A stretch of 63,224 nucleotides of DNA, counting the filler, from Atractiella rhizophila (lineage: Eukaryota): the NCBI GenBank assembly GCA_021432655.1. It is 4 parts of 4 records of this genome, joined end to end, with 100 filler letters (N's around TTAATTAATTAA, not from the genome) between each part and the next. Parts side by side here need not be neighbours in the genome. Positions count along the whole stretch, not along the records: positions 24,609 to 54,127 come from MU271418.1; 3 more parts are not named here. One strand, 5' to 3'. Shown piece by piece: positions 26,633 through 39,539 of the stretch; position 1 is the first letter of the stretch; the number at the start of each line of letters is the position of its first letter. The position numbers and the translations under genes are program-made. A model generated the notes under the pieces. The model was not told the DNA's origin, ran no database searches, and was given only the letters and a program-made list of their open reading frames with translations.

Positions 26633-27052
26633 GGATGCTCTCTCTTAATAAGATCCGCTGAGGTTGATTGACAGTTGGAGCAAGGGGAGATCATACTTCC
26701 TGACCTCACTCTAAATGTGCAGAAGGTGCTAAGCATCGAGCGGGCGTCAATGGATAGCAGAGAGGTGATACGGATGGATGGAGTATATCGTGGACTTGAT
26801 GTTTAGAGGTTGAGAGGATTACGACTACAAAGAGATGCGGGAATGCTATGAAGGAAAGTTGAGAACATTCGTACTCCTTTTACAAGTAGCTCAACCCACG
26901 CAAAAGAACTGTAGAGCACAAAAATACAGGAACGAGAAAGACCAATCAATGTCAGAGAAGATGTGCCGTGTAGCAAGTTGAGCAGTGTTGACTCCCAATT
27001 CGAAATTTTGCATATCATAGAAGGACGCTAATAAATGCTGCATTCAAGACGT

Positions 27053-30000
27053 TCAAAGGCCGTATCGGTCTGAGAGACGATTCGTGATGTGAGGTGGCAT
27101 TTGAGCCATCTGAGCGGTCCACTGATCGCCCCACAGCTGCTTGAAGCCTTGTAAGATCTGCAAACGAGCCCATCAGTCTCATAGACTCAGTGGAAGAGTT
27201 GAACTACTTACGTTGCGAAACATCTCGTTGAGTGCCGGCGACGGTTTTGTCCATCGAGCGACAGAATTGAGGAAGAAACCAAAATGCTAACAACACAATG
27301 AGCTCCTAGTCGGATGATAATGACAGCTGGAAATGCCAACACTTGAGATGCCGTTGGGATTCAGTTGGATTGTGCGGCAGATGCCTCTGAAGGCTGAATC
27401 TTTCTCATCGTTGTCCTTGATGTCTACCAAGGCCGAACACCTTTTCATCCAATCAGGACACAGTCTAAATCGAAGACGCGAGGAGTGCTCTCACCATGTT
27501 GCAATGAAGACATTTAAGTGTGGCGCGACAAGTTGGGGACAAGCGAGTCCCAGACGACCAATGGTCACAGCCGAATTTTCACTGAGACTCCTAGCTGGTT
27601 TGGGGACGAGGAGGACGGCGATCAGTTGCTCGAGCAAAGGAGGGACAAAAGGTGATATGTCCTCCCCTACGCGGTATCAGATCATACTGAGTATCTGAAA
27701 ACCACTCACCGCTCTTCATGGCAATCTCTCCCGCTGCCCAGGCAGCGTTATTGCAAACTGAGACAGTTTCTGGTTTCGGTTGTACCTCGATTTGTCGAAT
27801 TAGTTCGGGCATAATTTGTGGCAGGTAAGGCTTGAGTTGTTGGAAGCAAGAAATAGCGCAATCTCCAACCAATGCATAACCAGATTGTCGAACCGGAGGA
27901 TCGGGATACTGTCCACGGCGCAGTTCTCAGCAAGTGAGAAATGGGACAAGAAAACAAACAGTAATGCAGAGCTGCAACATCTGAAGCAGCCGAGGGTCTC
28001 CATTCTCGTACAACGGAACGGCAGCGGGTCCAAGACCTTGTGTGAGACCGCTGAGCAAGTCGAGAGCGACAACGAGGAAGGTCTTGTCGGGGAGTTCGTA
28101 TGCTCCAGGGCTCTGCTGGTAGGTCACATACGCGGTGAGGGACTGGTGTATAATCCGGACACATCTCTCAAAAACAGGTTGAGCATAAGCAACGAAGCCT
28201 GGTCCGATAGCGATCACCACGGAGGACATGCACTGAGAGAAGTAAAAGTAAGCGAAAGAGCCGAGGTCGAATGGAAAGATACCTCTAATAAGGGAATGAG
28301 ATCCAAAGACGTATCATCCAGCTTCTGCCATCTCTCAATCAAGGCTGGTAAAAGCATGTCGATCAGCTCAGGTTTGTTGAGAGCAGCACCAACAGCATCC
28401 GCGAGAGTGCCGATAGCGTCGTAAAGAATGAGCAGGTTCTTCTGCTGGTATTTGCCGAAAGCGAAGACCAGATTCTGTAGGACAGGCCCGAGGAATGGCT
28501 CCAACTCTCCCTGCGCCTCTTCCTCAAGAGTCGCAAAGGCACTACATCCAGCTTCTTGCACGCGTTTGTTATTGTCCAACACCATCAGCATCAACTGGAA
28601 GATGGGTTAACACCAAAGAGAGGTCGAGGAATGAGGTGACGTACTCCTTCGAGAACTGGTACAAAGTACTTCTGGAAATGCTCTTTCTCCTCAGCATCGC
28701 CGACACACCAACTAACATAGCGACCCAAAGTCCAGCATGAAATAGATCGGACCAGAGGCTGAGTACCAATGAGCATCATAGGCAGTGTTGCAGCAAAACA
28801 CTCTTACTTTCGGATCTCGTAGAGAGGCCAGTAAAAAGGGAATGATTTCAGGAAGGTACGGTGAGATAGCATCGATACATCCTATGGAAACAGCATTAGC
28901 ATAAGACATAATATGGACGAAAATATACCTTCAGCGATAGCACCAAGAGCAAGGATGCCAGATTCCTTGGCTAGCCAGTCGTCTCCAAAGACTATCGCCT
29001 TAAGATCCGGCATGAGGACATCAAGCAGCTCGCCTTCGAAATTGACGGCAAGAATATCCATGGCGGCAGCCGAACACTTCCTGAGATTCCACTCCGTGCT
29101 CTCATCCTCATCGTCATCATCGTCGAAGTCGTACTCGTCCTCCTCGTCTCCTTCAGCCTTCTCCCTCGATTTATGCTGGGCATTCCCCTGCGCCCCGTTC
29201 TGTTGCTCTTCCGATGGGGCCTCTTCATGCTCCAAGGTTTTCCGCTTCGATGAGTGGAACTGGGGCTTGATGTCCTCCGCTCGATCGGCTACGTTCCAGT
29301 CCTCCTTTCCGTCCACATCGTCTCCCAAAGCGGCAAGATCGGCTTCCTTGTACCTCATTCCCCTCAAAAGAGCAGGGGCGACCTTCGGGACGAAAGGACG
29401 CAAGTATTCAAGAAGCTGAGGTTCTTCCGCGAAAGTGAGCCAGAACTCACAGGCTTCCAGCGAGACGGCAACCTCTTCCTCTGATGGATCTGCTTTCGAC
29501 GTCGCAAGATCGTTCTGATAGAGCATGAAATCGACGACACCGTTGAGATGAGGGATGAGAGACTCTGGATAGGTGGCTAGAACGCCGACTATTGACTGAC
29601 AAAGGAGCTTGCGAACTTCTAGCTCCTTGTCCATTGCGCGAGCGAAGATGCATTGAATGTACATTTCCAGATGAGTGGTCATTAGTGGGTTCTCGCCCAG
29701 CACTTGGAATTGATAACAGCAAGTGAGAGCATGAACTCGAACTCGTCCTGTGGGATCTGTGGCAGAAGTGGTGCCTTTGAGAGTGGCGAGGAATTTGGGG
29801 ATTAAGAGGTCTATCGGCTTGAAGGGAGTGTTGGAATTAGTGCTGGGGAGAGCGAGTGTGCATATCCGCTGAGGAATATCTTCGCAGATGTGCGACAGAC
29901 AGGAATACGCTCCTTCTCGAGCAAAAAAAAAAAAAAAAAAAAAAAAAGAAGCTGGGGTTCTTCCGCGAAAGTGAGCCAGAACTCACAGGCTTCCAGCGAG

Positions 30001-31008
30001 ACGGCAACCTCTTCCTCTGATGGATCTGCTTTCGACGTCGCCAGATCGTTCTGATAGAGCATGAAATCGACGACACCGTTGAGATGAGGGATGAGAGACT
30101 CTGGATAGGTGGCTAGAACGCCGACTATTGACTGACAAAGGAGCTTGCGAACTTCTAGCTCCTTGTCCATTGCGCGAGCGAAGATGCATTGAATGTACGT
30201 TTCCAGATGAGTGGTCATTAGTGGGTTCTCGCCCAGCACTTGGAATTGATAGCAGCAAGTGAGAGCATGAACTCGAACTCGTCCTGTTGGATCGGTGGCA
30301 GAAGTGGTGCCTTTGAGAGTGGCGAGGAATTTGGGGATTAAGAGGTCTATCGGCTTGAAGGGAGTGTTGGAATTAGTGCTGGGGAGAGCGAGGGTGCATA
30401 TCCGCTGAGGAATATCTTCGCAGATGTGCGACAGACAGGAATACGCTCCCTCTCGAGCATATCCAGCTGATCGAGCGTGAGCTTCAGCTTCCGAAGCTGC
30501 TGGAGTCCTATGCTCCTGGTAAACTGCATCTTCGGCAAAAGCGAGCTCAGCGAGCTTCTGGATCCATTCTAACCAGCCTTCCTGGTTCAAGGATTGAACG
30601 AACAAGCTGTCGATGACGATAGCAGCAGTGTTCCTGATCATCTGCTGCTGGTCGGCGAGAGCGTTGAAAATCGTAGATTTGAGGTAGTTGAGGACGTAGG
30701 GAGGAAGGAGTTGCGGATTTGTTCTTCGATCTATGATGGCATTCTTGAGGAGGAGACCAGCGAGAGATCTGACTTGGTAGGATTCGTTTGGGAGCTGAGT
30801 GAAGATGTAGGAGAGGTAGCAGGGGTAATCTTCGACTTGCTTGAAAGCCTCTGTCCGCTGCATGCACATGAACCCGTTTCCTGCCGCCGAAAGAGTAAGA
30901 ACGCACCCGATGAAGAGCATCCTGAGATGCAGTCGTGTTTTGTCCCGACTGCTGCAGCAGCGACAGCAAATCGTTGAGACCGTCAGGATGAGGCTGCCAC
31001 TCTGCCAT
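27053..31008 (-). CDS. KAP104: Transportin-1 / karyopherin beta-2; frame broken in this assembly by a 514-bp tandem duplication
   Basis: [11 protein letters not shown]...[11 protein letters not shown]...[14 protein letters not shown]...acidic H8 loop DIKPQFH...[13 protein letters not shown]...[14 protein letters not shown]...[19 protein letters not shown]...[13 protein letters not shown]. Confidence 0.95.
29410..30459. repeat. Tandem duplication: 514-bp copies at 29410-29923 and 29946-30459, separated by 22 extra A
   Basis: Direct comparison by eye: offset 536 nt, about 8 substitutions; A25 run at 29923-29947. Confidence 0.95.
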
Positions 31009-31404
31009 TATGCTAATTGGGTGAGAGATTCAGTGGTGGCGGTTAGGTCAAGTTGATAAAAGTGTGAGTGGAGTTGCAGAGGCCAAGGCTCGAAAAATAA
31101 AATTAGGACTTTGACCGTTGTAAACCTTAGTCTCATATTCCAGCCAACTTGCACATTAGCTGACTCGCCAACTCTGCTGAGCTGAGAACGAATATTCATG
31201 TCAAGGTCTCAAAGTTCTGATTGTGTGTTCCGTGGAAACCGGCTGGGGAGAAGCATTGGCCAGAGAATAGAGGCTGCTTAACATCCTTCGCGCTGCTCAA
31301 AACAAAACGAAACTTTTCTGTGATAGCGAGGTATCTACTCATTTGTGCCTACACACAGTCCGGAAGCCGCAGATGAAGATGCTGAGAAGCAATTCTCCGT
31401 TCCC

Positions 31405-32305
31405 TCAACGACATCTAAGACTTTTTTCAGCGTTCGTGGTCATTGCCAAGCATTGGAGAGGAGACAAACCATCCCAGTCACTAGATTTACACCTGAAGAA
31501 CGCAGCAAGATCCCATATCGTCTCCCCTCTCATGTGCGAGTTCTTTTTCGTCGGTGTATTGGCAGGTGTAGGGCCAACCGATGTCGTCGAGAATGCACTC
31601 CTTCCACCCCTCGGCAGGCTAGTTGTTACAGTGCTCGTAGTCCTCGTTGATCGAACTGGAGTGGAAGTGGCTTCAGTATAATAGTCATCATTATCGGCTG
31701 AGACAGAATTGCGAGTTTTCTTGGGAGTTTCGTCGCTACCTTCGAGAGCTTCTTGAATCTGTCTCAAGGAGTCAATTTAGCGTGTGAATGAATGGAGGAG
31801 AAGAGAGCAAACAGCAGTCGGCGTCTCGTTGTTCGAGTTTATTGACTTCCTCTTGAACTCAGGGATAACCTATTACTATCAGCTGATGAAGCAGAAAGAC
31901 GGGGAAATAACACACCAACTGTTCCTCGACCCTTTTCCTCCTCTCCATCATCTCAACCTGTCTCTTCCTCCCCTCCGCTCTCTTATTCTCTCTCAACTCA
32001 TCGTCTTCCTCCTTCTGTTTTCTATCCTTCTCCTCAGCCTCCGACTCACTAGCCCTGGATTCCCTCTCCACCACTTTCTTCCAGGTTGGGTCGATCGGGC
32101 TATCAGCACTCTGGAACATATCCTGGATTGACCTAGTGTCCACATGCAAAGGCGCCTGAGCAATAGGAGGGAGCAACGCAGGAGCAGGAATAGCTATGGT
32201 CGACTGGGTCTTTTGGAGAGAAAGGGGAACCGCATCTTGGGAAAGATTGACACTCCTCCTGGCAACGAGTGGAGAGGAGGTCTTGGAAATATTTTCTTTT
32301 TCCAT
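31405..32305 (-). CDS. Hypothetical low-complexity / coiled-coil protein, multi-exon
   Basis: ORFs 31859-32305 and 31405-31767 can be joined through short introns; charged coiled-coil EAEEKDRKQKEEDDELRENKRAE. Confidence 0.5.
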
Positions 32306-32692
32306 GGGCAGGAGTTTGTTGTTGCGAAGCGTTAGGTCAGGGTGGTTAGAGAAAGGTAAATAGGATAGACTTCTTCGTCGTCTTCGAGTTGCTCGTTCCC
32401 GCGTTTAGCCCCTTTCCCAACGGCGGGATGGGAGAAGCGGGAATGGGACGCGATGCAACTGAATTATGATCATGGTGGGAACGTAAAACTGATCGAGAAT
32501 AACACAGGAATAATCTGCGTCCCCAAAGACCTTCAAGTAGACTGGTCAATGACTGTGACTGCAGGTCTGTACGGTGGCAAACTGCAGTAACTGATGAGAT
32601 TGCGAAGCTCTACAACGACAAATGCATAAACTATCGCTAAGAATTAGGCCTGCGGCAGGGAAAGTAATCGAGAGGCAATGAGCAAACCTCAC

Positions 32693-34348
32693 CTAAGTAT
32701 AACCTCCTCTATACCTCGGCGCATTCCCATTCACCCCATTCCTCCCCCCACCTCCACCGCCATTGCCACGATCAGCGGTCCGCTTCTTCGCATCACGATC
32801 ATCCCACTTCCTCCTCCCCCGATCCCACTCCCTCCCTCTTCCACCTTCACCATTCGACCCTTCATCCCACCCTCCCGTTGATCCTTTCGCTCTCGGTCGC
32901 TTCCCTCCATCTCTCAAACTCTCTCCCCAGCCGTCACCTCTACGTCCTCTCCCTGGTGGGTCAAACCTTCTCTGCGGCGGTCCGTCCCAAAATTCGGTGG
33001 AATCCCAACGCGCTCCTGAAGATCTTTGACCCTCTTTCCCCTTCCCTTTACCGTTGTCATTCCATCCGCCCGTACGCCTCTCCTTTTTATATCCACCCCC
33101 ACCCCCCTTCTTGTCCTACAAGCCGCACTTGAATACCCTTCTTAGGTCCCTTCGGAGCCTTCTCCAGCCCCGAATCTCGACCCTTCTTGGGATCCAGCGC
33201 ACTCGACGACAGTCTCGCCCGTTTCTCAAACCAGTCGTCTTCGTCCGGGATTGGGAGTGGACGTTTGCTGCTATTGTTGTTGGAAGACGACGCTGTATTG
33301 CGCTTGTACCCGTTGTTGTTGGAACTTGGGTGAGAGCGATGAGAGGGGGGTGGTTGCGAGTTCCATTGCAAGTTTGACCGGGAGGAGGAGGCGGTAGGAG
33401 GAGCGATCGGTGTGTTGTAGGGAATGGCAAGATCATTGAATGCTGAAGGGTCGCCGTATTTCAGAGGATGTCCGCGCGGTAGAGGACTGCAGCCAGAGTG
33501 AGACTGTGCCATTGAGTGGAGATAGCGAGAAAGTACCTACCAGTTGTCTCCAAAGTGGTCGTCTCCAGCACAGTTGTAGCATGACTTCACCACAAAACTG
33601 TTTGGGTCTAATCCTACCGCTCCGACAGTATCATATACACGCCAGATCGTAGGGCAAACCTATTTCACATTCAGACCAGCAGGAGCATCACTGGACAAAC
33701 ATACGTTCTCAGGATGATTTCGACCGCACTTTCGACAACGAGGGCGACCTCGCATTTGGGGACGAAGGAATTTCGCCACTGGACAGTCTCGAGCTTGATG
33801 AGCGGAGTCTATGCGGCCACAAATAAAGCCTGGTCTTTCAGGGTAAGGCTCGAGGTTTCGAATTCGAGGATGTGAATAAACACTTGCACTGTTGCAGCGT
33901 TCAAGTCAACGGGCCGCACAACGCTGAGGAAAGAGGGACGCACTTGTTCGTGTGAGCACTCCTTCATCGTATGTCCCACTTCTCCACAGATACCGCAAGT
34001 GTGAGCTTTCGCTGTATCTTGCTCCTCTTCTGCATCCCAATACCGCCTCACATAAGGCACCTTTGCGCAACAGTTTATGACCCCTCAAAGAAAGAGAAGA
34101 GAACGTACTTTGTCCTCCTTTGCAGCTGTAGCCGCAGAAGCCTTCATTTCTTTCTCCACTTTCTTGATCAATTCTTCAACACCTTCATCGCTATCGCTCT
34201 CACTTCCACCCAGATCCACACTGTCCTCCTCCTCCCCTTCTTCTGTACTGGCCGCCTCCTTTTCCTCCCCATTTGCGTGCATTACCGGCTGCACTTCCGA
34301 TTGCGATTTTGCGGTTTCGCCGTCGAAGTCGTAGAAAAAGTCTCTCAT
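32693..34348 (-). CDS. AIR1/AIR2-like multi zinc-knuckle protein (TRAMP subunit) with an RG-rich tail; apparent frameshift near 33102-33128
   Basis: Knuckle-like exons CGICGEVGHTMKEC, FICGRIDSAHQARDC and CYNCAGDDHFGDN; DEDDWF motif; C-terminal PRYRGGYT. Confidence 0.75.
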
Positions 34349-34599
34349 TCCGTACCCGCGCCTATGCTTTCTGTGACGCGTAAGAAGCGCAAAGCGTGAT
34401 CCGTCTAAAGTGTAACTTCGAATGGTCAAGTCTTGGATGGATCTCTTGACTGCTTGAATATTCAGGTTGAACACAAGATGGCTGTTCGTTGTGTTTGCAC
34501 AAAACTCGCTCTTTCAAATCATTCTCCAGCCACAACCACCACACCAACTCAGCTCGGCCCTCTCAGAAGGACACCAGAGTCAAGCAGTAGTATAAGCAG

Positions 34600-35444
34600 A
34601 TGGGAAAATCTCAGTCGAAACTCTCACCTGAACAGCTCAGCGAGCTCCAAAAGAACACTTACTGTACGTTTCCCTAATTCAGGTTCTCTCGCCAGTCTGA
34701 CCAACTGATCTCTCGCTTGTATACATGAAAAGTCGAAAAGAAGGAGCTGCAGCAATGGTACAAGGGCTTCCTCAAGGATTGTCCCTCCGGCCAACTCGAT
34801 AAGGCAGAGTTCGGGAGGATCTACAAGCAGTTCTTCCCTTTTGGCGACCCAACACAGTTCGCAGATCACGTCTTCAACGTATTCGACGAGAATAAGAATG
34901 GGACGATCGACTTTAAGGAGTTCATTTGTGCCTTGAGCGTGACTTCGAGAGGGCAGTTGGACGAGAAACTAAAGTGTGAGTTTTTGATTCATGGTTCTGC
35001 ATTGGAAGTGGGAGATAGAGTGTTGACGGTCCGCTTTTTGCTTGGTAATGGCCGGATGTAGGGGCTTTTCAGCTGTACGACATCGATGGTGACGGTTTCA
35101 TCACGTACGACGAGATGTTACAGATCGTACGGTCAATCTACAAGATGACAGGACAAATGGTGAAGCTACCAGAGGATGAGAATACACCGGAGAAGGTCCG
35201 TATCTAATCGCTATTCTGTTCTTTCATCTCCTAACATGTTACACCTGGAACGGATAGCGGGTAGACAAAATCTTCAAAATGATGGATCACAACAAGGACC
35301 ATCGACTAACTTTCGACGAATTCCAAGAGGGTTCAAAGAAAGACCCCACAATAGTTCAGGTTCGTCTGCTCCTTGAAAGCAAATATCGAGCTAATAACGG
35401 TGATCCATGGACAGGCGCTCTCGCTATACGACGGATTGGTGTAA
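34600..35444 (+). CDS. FRQ1: Frequenin / neuronal calcium sensor-1 (EF-hand, N-myristoylated), 5 exons
   Basis: [43 protein letters not shown]...[24 protein letters not shown]...[19 protein letters not shown]...[16 protein letters not shown]. Confidence 0.97.
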
Positions 35445-35950
35445 TACCAACAGCGCGGCCCCGTTTCGATTATCCGGCTCCCAGTTCCTCTTCGCAGATT
35501 CCGATCCCTTTTCGCCAACGCAGAAACACCGACTTGTCCATACCCTCAATTATTCATCCCGGTTATTCATCCCGGTCTCCCCTGAACATGTCTGATCGCC
35601 ATGTTAAATCTTCTGTACTTTTTAACCACTAAGCGATTTCTCGGTAGTTATGGGTTGATAGATTCGGTATTAGTTCTTATTCAAAGCTGTACTCACACGA
35701 AATGAAATGAATCTCCCTAACTCTCAATGGTGAGTGCAAGGGATGGTCTAGTAAAGTACGATTTTATTTCAGATCGACCACAAGCTCAAGAACACACCAT
35801 GGAAAGGAAAGGGACAAGAAGGATGAGAAATAAGAACGCTTCTAAATTGCTAACGTTACATCTCCTCCAGCTTCTGACGATTAACCGCTAGCTGAAGGGT
35901 CTTCATTCCTTTATATTGTAAACATAAACACTCTCCGGACGACATCCATC

Positions 35951-37486
35951 CTACATCTGCAGAATCGTCGTCTCAACCTGTCCCACAAATCAAATATCAA
36001 TGTCACGTTCTGCTCAATTCACAAGGACGGAGAACGCACGATGATTTGTGTAACCCTGTAGGGATCAATGTTCGATGCAGGTCGGCGGTCCTCCATGTAT
36101 CCCTTCCCTTCATGGGCAACGGATCTGGGAATCCTAATCGAAGCACCACGGTTGGCAACTCCAGAAGAGAAAGTTCCAATGTGTCCAGTTTCATGGAGTC
36201 CGGTGAGACGGAGGTCATTGTCATCTCCGTAGACGAGGACTAATTTCGCCTCGTTAATTGACTGTTGCGCACGGGAGGACGGAAGACGTACTGTGCTCGT
36301 TATGCCTCTTGCCCAAAAGCTCAATGTATTGTTCAATGGCCTTAATACCTCCTTCGGCGCGAGTTGCATTAGTCGAGTAATTGGTGTGGCATCCGGCTCC
36401 GTTCCAGTCTCCTTTCAGCGGTTTGGGGTGGAAGGAAACCTTGATACCCCACTCTTCGCAGACCCTCACTTCATTCACAAAATACCGCTTCAGTACAGGG
36501 CAAATGAAGAAAGGCGGCAAAAACGAACTGAGGAGGAACCTGGCCATGGTAAGGTGGTCTCCCATGTCAATTCCCTCACAAGGTCCAACCTGGAACTCCC
36601 ATTGGGAGGGCATGACTTCAGCGTTGATACCAGAGATCTTAACGCCAGCATAGAGACAGCAGCGGTAGTGAGCCTCAACGATGTCCCGAGCGAAGACTTT
36701 GCCGGTACCTTTGCACCCCCACCACAATTTGGTCAATTGGACTGTGACTAAGTGGCGAGGGAATAAGAGCATACCAACACCGCAATAGTAAGGACCTTGG
36801 GGACCAGGAAACCCTCCTTTTGGCCATCCAAAGGGATTTCCGTCGTTGCCAAAGAGACTGTCCATGACAAGTTTTAGTCCCGAGGTTATCGAATTTAGGG
36901 GTTACTTACGTATATTCCTGCTCAATTCCGAACCAGGGTTCTTCCTTCTTGGTCTCAGGTTGATCCATTACCTTCTTGGCAGAGTACCTGTAATTGGTCC
37001 TGTTGGGGGTTCCATCGCTAGTCCCACGTCATCTAATTAGCGCCTGTCCTATCTTGGGAAGGCAGAAAATGCTCACGCATTGTAAGTCTCAGCGAGGACC
37101 AGGATGTTGTCCCTATTTCTCTTCTTCAAACCCTGTGCTCCACAAAAGAAGGAGAAAAACTCACCCTCGTCTGAATGGATCCTTGAAGACGGCAGCAGGC
37201 CTGAGATAAACATCGGAATCGTGACCCTGAGCTTGACCCGTTGATGATCCGTCAAAATTCCACTCCTTCAGATCAGCAATCGACTTGGGAGCGCTATCGA
37301 GGGTCTACGTGTTCCCCATGAGCTCCCTCTCATGCCGATAAGTAAGAAAAGACGAACAGTGGTTTTGCACCTCAATCCGCCATCGCCATCAATCCATACG
37401 TACTCAGCTTGGACTTTCCCATTCTGGGGGAGGTCCATGTACTTGGCCAGAAGCGTAGGATGAGAAACGTAGGGATCTAAAGACAT
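35951..37486 (-). CDS. GLN1: Glutamine synthetase (type II), multi-exon
   Basis: [97 protein letters not shown]. Confidence 0.98.
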
Positions 37487-37917
37487 TTTGGCTGGTTGGG
37501 TGAAAATTAAGATGGTCGTCGTTGATGGAACGAACGAGAGAGTTCCTTTTTGTGATCGAGCGGCCGCAGCGATAACAACCCGGATAATATCGGTTGACTC
37601 GGACGATTCGATATTCCCCAATTTCGGGCCTTTACGCCTTTCGGCTCACCATTCCTTGCTCTTTTTTGCGATTTATGGGCCTTACAGAAAAAGAAAACAC
37701 CAGCACCAGGAGGCAATACCCTTACTTTGGTCCTTATCGCGAATAAACAGCATCAACATGATAATTTGAAAGCATTTGTTTTCCATGTTGTGTGCATGCA
37801 AAAGTGGGGACATCGATCAACTCAATCTTTCATCCCAGTTCTTCTAATCCACACGACACGATAAGGAACCAGAACGACACCGTCGCTCGCCCGACCATGC
37901 CAGGAGCAACACTGGAT

Positions 37918-38865
37918 TCAAGCCCTTCTCTCGCCCTTTTGTGCCTTCTTCCTCCTCTCCTCTAGCTTCCGCTTCTCATCGTCGAGTTGCTTCTTCCGGT
38001 CCGATTTATCTTTCGCCTTCTTCGCTGCTTGTCTTTCAGCTTCTTCACGACGCTTTCTCTCTCTTTCTGCGTCTACTTTGGCCGTATTCAGATTCGGCAT
38101 ATTCAGGAGGTCTGTTTATTAAATCGTAATCGTCAGCTAGACTCGGCGTGGGGTGCATGCAAAGCAGAAAGTGACTTGGAAAACCGAAGGAAGACGCACC
38201 CATTTGCCCTCGTGCCTCCTTCTCCCGCTTCTTTGCCTTCTTACCCATCTTGCTCTCCCTCTCCAACTCAGTCAAAGCCAGATTTCTCATCGTAGCTGCA
38301 GCTTCTGACGCATCCTCCTCTTCGTCTGAAGACTCCTCCAGAGCCGCATATTGCTGTACACGTAAACATCAGCAAGGGCAACTCATAATTAGAGAAAGGA
38401 ATGAATACTGAAATGATCCTTGCCCGTGCATCATCGGCTGTTGATACAGAGGCGCTCGCATTTTGCTCCGCCTTTTCGTCCCCCTGATCATCCACAATAT
38501 CAATATCTGAGACAGGTTGAAGCTTTCCGATCTCTTCGCAGTGGCGGACCAGCTCTTCAATGCGAGTCTTAAGCTCTTCTTCCTTCCCAACAGACGCGCA
38601 TTCACTCCCACCCTGTCCAAGGAGAATAGAGGAACGTACCTTCACTGACTTCGCCGCGTTGGCTCTCGTCTATACTTCCACAGAGCGCTTCTACTTTCTC
38701 ATCAAATGCGAACGAGTCTTCCTGAATTAAACCCAGCAAGTAGGAGGTTGTATCCTTCCGTATGGATCCGATCAGCTCACCATGATGAGATGACCATTAG
38801 AGGCTGCGACGTACAGGATCTTGAATACCCAACTTTGCCAGGAATTCGCTAACAGCAGCTTCCAT
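37918..38865 (-). CDS. CCDC43-like coiled-coil protein, multi-exon
   Basis: N-terminus MEAAVSEFLAKLGIQDP..SYLLGLIQED; C-terminus NLNTAKVDAERERKRREE...RRKKAQKGERRA, resembling the CCDC43 tail. Confidence 0.65.
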
Positions 38866-39260
38866 AGTTATTAACACTCGACTTGAAAGATGCTTGGGGG
38901 CTGTTGTGTTGGGGAATAAACTGGTACGCAGGTGATGTCAATGTCAAGATATTCTATTCCGTCCGGAGGCTGCTTACTCATCGTATGACTATCTGAGCTT
39001 GATGGCATAGGTACCTAATCTTCGAACAGAAGGTAGCATTACCAATCCTATCTTTCCTTTCGGGAACCGCACACAGACTACACTTCTTCGTCTTCATTGG
39101 CATCGATTTCCAATCCGTGTCTCTATTGGCATCTTCCTTTGGGAGAGGATCCTCAACCTCAGATCATTCCTGTACATTCCTGTACTTTCGTAGACACCCA
39201 TTTCCCCCTCACCTCTCTTTCAGCCCCTCATACAGCTCAGAGCATTCGACGTTATACGTG

Positions 39261-39527
39261 ATGGTGAGGAACTGAATAGACCTCCGCGGGGACCGCAAAA
39301 GAAGAATGCCTCTCTTCTGTTTCTGAGATGTCAACAGAGGCGCCGATATAGTATAATATTTGTTATTTGTTGTGTTCTGTGGACGATGTTGATGCTTTGT
39401 CGTCTCTTCCCGTGTCTGAGTCAGTCGGCCTTCAACACGGGTCCTTTTGCCGGTCCCATAAAAACTGCCACCCACAAGATTATTCGATCACCACTCAGCA
39501 CTGTCCCTCAGCGTCCCCTGTGTGTAG
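39261..39527 (+). promoter_or_regulatory. Putative structured leader intron of RIB1 containing uORFs
   Basis: ATG|GTGAGG at 39261-39269; TAG acceptor at 39525-39527 in frame with the main ORF; four nested complementary stems between 39289 and 39457. Confidence 0.45.
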
Positions 39528-39539
39528 AAGCCCTCCAGC

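Noticed and set aside
29923..29947. Poly-Phe tract / retroposon poly(A) tail
   Set aside because: It sits at the joint of two allele-like copies and is antisense to the gene; more likely gap filler
39070..39460. U3 snoRNA, U5 snRNA, hammerhead, or canonical FMN/TPP riboswitch upstream of RIB1
   Set aside because: Only partial look-alike motifs (AGACTACACTT, GATCATT, CCTTTTGCC); the diagnostic boxes and consensus could not be matched
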